DNA of 64,000 bases from Camelus ferus (taxonomy: Eukaryota): assembly GCF_009834535.1 (NCBI RefSeq), contig NC_045696.1:39558001-39622000 (forward strand), read 5' to 3'. Under the pieces are notes generated by a model. It searched no databases, was not told where the DNA came from, and saw only the letters and a list, made by a program, of their open reading frames with translations. Below are positions 61,213 to 64,000 of the stretch, piece after piece; within the stretch, counting starts at the first letter, position 1, and every line of letters starts with the position of its first letter. The position numbers were made by a program, and so were the translations under genes.

Positions 61213-61675
61213 GGTGTTATAGGTTGAATTGTGTCTCCCTAAGAAGATGTGTTGAAGTTTCAGCTGCCGGTACCGCAGAAAGTGACCTAATTTGGAAACA
61301 GGGTCATTACAGGTATAATTAGTTAAGATGAAGCCATGCTGGAACAGGGTAGGGCCACTAGTCCTATATGACTGGTGTCCTTATAAGAAGCATCTGTGTG
61401 AAGACAGAGACACGGGGAGAGAGCACTGTGTGAAGACGGAGGATTGGAGTGTTGTATCTTCAAGCCAGGGAGTGCCCAGGAGTGCCAGCAAACCACCAGA
61501 AACTAGAAAGAGGCAAGGAACGATGTTCCCCTGCAGGTTCCAGGGGGAGCATGGCCCTGCCAACACTTGGATTTTGGACCTCTAGCCTCCAGAACAGTGA
61601 GATAATATACTTCTGTTATTGTGAGCCCCCCTGTTTGTGGCACTTTGTTCTTGCAGCCACAAGGAAATGAGTGTA
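61213..61675 (+). mobile_element. Solo MaLR LTR (MLT1B/C-like)
   Basis: tgttataggttgaattgtgtctccc...atgactggtgtccttataagaag...gcagccacaaggaaatga. Confidence 0.88.
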
Positions 61676-64000
61676 GAGGGTTTGCGGAGGGCCTGGTGCC
61701 CTGACCCCTCCCCTCTGCAGCCCGAGTGCAGCTGGGTCGGGGTCCTGGCTCCACCCTGTCCAAGCTGCTCCTGTCTGGACTGGCTTGCAGATTGCCCTGC
61801 TTGCTCTGTGTCTGTGATGTGCCCCACAGGAAGACCGATTTCATTACTATTATATGGCTTTTTCTTTATTTCTTCACTCTACTCTTCACTGGTGTTTTCA
61901 GACTGAACCAGTTTGGTTTCCTGACATAACCCAGACCAGGCTTTGCAAACCAGCCCTCTCTGCCTTCCCACTGTTACCTATCTGGGTCTCTGCTGAGGTG
62001 TCCTTAATCCATCTTCCAAGACCCAGACTGGCCCATATCCTCCGTCTAGTTTCCTCTGGTTTTTCTGGTCCAGAATCATCTTAGATAGAAAAAAAAAAAA
62101 AAAAGAACTTTATTTTTGAAATGAAATCCCTATTTTCACATAGTACAGCATGCTATAAATAAAGGTTTCATTTTTCTGTGCTTAGGCATATCAAAGACCA
62201 GTTCTCATTTCAGGAAGTAAAGCCTTCAGCTCAAGAAGCAACCCAACAATTAGGCCTCAGTTAGTAACAAGGAACTACGCAGAGCATATTAGATGATGGA
62301 TTACTTTCTTCGGCCAAGCATTGGTTTTAGATTGCCTTACAGCTGATCTAGTTGTTGTTCAGGGCAGAGGTTCTGGTGTTAGGGCACTGATAAGGACTGC
62401 ACTGTTGTGAAGCAGGGCAACTGCACAGACACAGGTCCCTCCTGTGCTCTTTTGTACCCTTGCTTCGGGACCCAGGGACTTGCTGGTGGCTTTTGTCTTA
62501 AAGGCTCTTTGCACAGTCATTGTCCCTTCACCTCGTTTGTCCATAGCCTAGCATGGTTGCAGAGTGGACGTGCCTCCTAACTGCCCTTGCCTTTCTGTGC
62601 AGAAGCCATTGCTTACTGCTAGTGACTAACTGCTGGGGAAGTCTTCATACATTAAATCACAAACATGGGGAAGTTTCAAAAAGTTAAGCAGTTCCACTTT
62701 TGGTTCTTGGTCTATTGGTGATTTCTTACTCCCTCGCTAAGAATCTTTCAACTTCTAGGTTCTGCTGTTCATACTATATATTTTGCCCTTTGAAGGGGAA
62801 TGCAAAAAAAAAAATTGCATGTTTTAGGATAATATGGATTCTCTATAATAAACATCATTTAATTGAAAAATAATAAAATAGTGCACTTTGAACCTGCAGT
62901 TAAGAGGTTAGAGTGAGGCAGAAGGTTATGTTTGGTATGTTTAATTGTCTTTGTTTATATGGGTTTGCCTTTAGAGCTGTGCTCTCAGCTCTGATAGTCC
63001 TTTGTACCCTGAGATCTTGTGCCTTGTGATGGGTGGGTACCACATACCTGTGTTGGATGGATGGATGGACAAATGGATGTTAGAGTCACTCCATTTCCTT
63101 GGCCAGCTATTTCACTGACCTACTGGTAGGATAAATTTCAGTTGAGTTCAAAGCTGTCTCCTGAAGTCTGAGTAGGTTTTCCTAAACCTAGAGGGATTTC
63201 TGAGGTTGGAGACCAGAGATCTAAAAGCAGTGGTACCTTGACTCGCCTATGGAAGGTGCTAAAATATTTGGCTAATTGTTTGTGAAAACAGGGCTGAACA
63301 GTCAGACTCCGTTGTGACCCCCCCAAAGCTCCGGAGTTACTTCTTTCGTTGGAAACCCTGATTTCTTTTTTTATTTACCTTCATGGGGATGGTGTACACT
63401 TCTTTGGAAATCTACTAAGAAAAGAGAATTTTCTTGCCCCTCCCTTCAAAGAGAATGCCCATTTTTGAATTTTCTTTTGCATTTTCTAGACTAGGTTATT
63501 TTATAGTGTAGAGAATGCAGCCGTTAGTAAACAATGATCCATATTTTAAAACATCTGCCTTTTGTGGTTTTCTCGAATTATTCTTTATAGAAAATAATGT
63601 CAAAGGTATAGGAATCCCAAAGACAGGTCTTCATCTATTGGTAGACTTGACTTCAGTTTACACTGGATAATAAACCTTGTTACAATGCTCTTGAGCTAAA
63701 AATTTCCGTTAGTATAAATAGACCATTGTTTATAGTCACACTGTTTATAGGTGTAATCACTTCAAGGTAAAAAACAGGACATTTTATTGCTTTGCTTAAT
63801 GATCCTCTTTATCCAGCATTGACTGGGCCATAGTAGGCGCGTCCCGATCCTTTGATTCTGAAGTGAAATGTTATCTTTTTAGGGGGTTGTGCCTTAGATT
63901 ATCTTCTGGCTGGAACACTGAACAGAGCATTCTAGAGAAACCTTTGGTTTGTTCCCCTCCTTGCTCCAATGCTTTGTGACTTTTCTGCCTAGTCAGTGTG

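Noticed and set aside
1..64000. CRISPR arrays, operons, prokaryotic defence systems; a gene symbol for the CpG-island gene
   Set aside because: The sequence is clearly mammalian, with no spaced direct-repeat array. No recognisable coding exon is present, so the gene cannot be named from this window.

Overview
Repeat-rich eutherian genomic DNA, most likely from a camelid (alpaca or camel). This call rests on six tRNA-derived SINEs of the camelid vic-1 type and on young L1 3' ends. No intact protein-coding gene is recognisable. Almost all listed ORFs are chance ORFs or decayed L1 ORF1/ORF2 fragments. Main features: (i) a decayed near-full-length L1 at ~8.3-15.2 kb (+); (ii) a near-complete MaLR (MLT1) LTR-int-LTR provirus at ~21.5-24.6 kb carrying two nested L1 tails; (iii) many solo LTRs, MIR, L2 and hAT/Tigger fossils; (iv) a CpG island at ~49.6-50.9 kb that looks like the promoter and first exon of an unidentified + strand gene, whose intron 1 probably fills the rest of the window. 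The least explained signal is a series of well-formed minus-strand splice sites and poly(A) signals in unique sequence at 0.2-5.9 kb, 16.7-26.5 kb and 32.7-49.5 kb. These suggest a divergent lncRNA and/or small micro-exon genes, and include a recursive-splice-like AG|GTAAG micro-exon. They are motif-based hypotheses only. I found no convincing new biological system. Repeat family names come from recalled consensus sequences, not from a database search.
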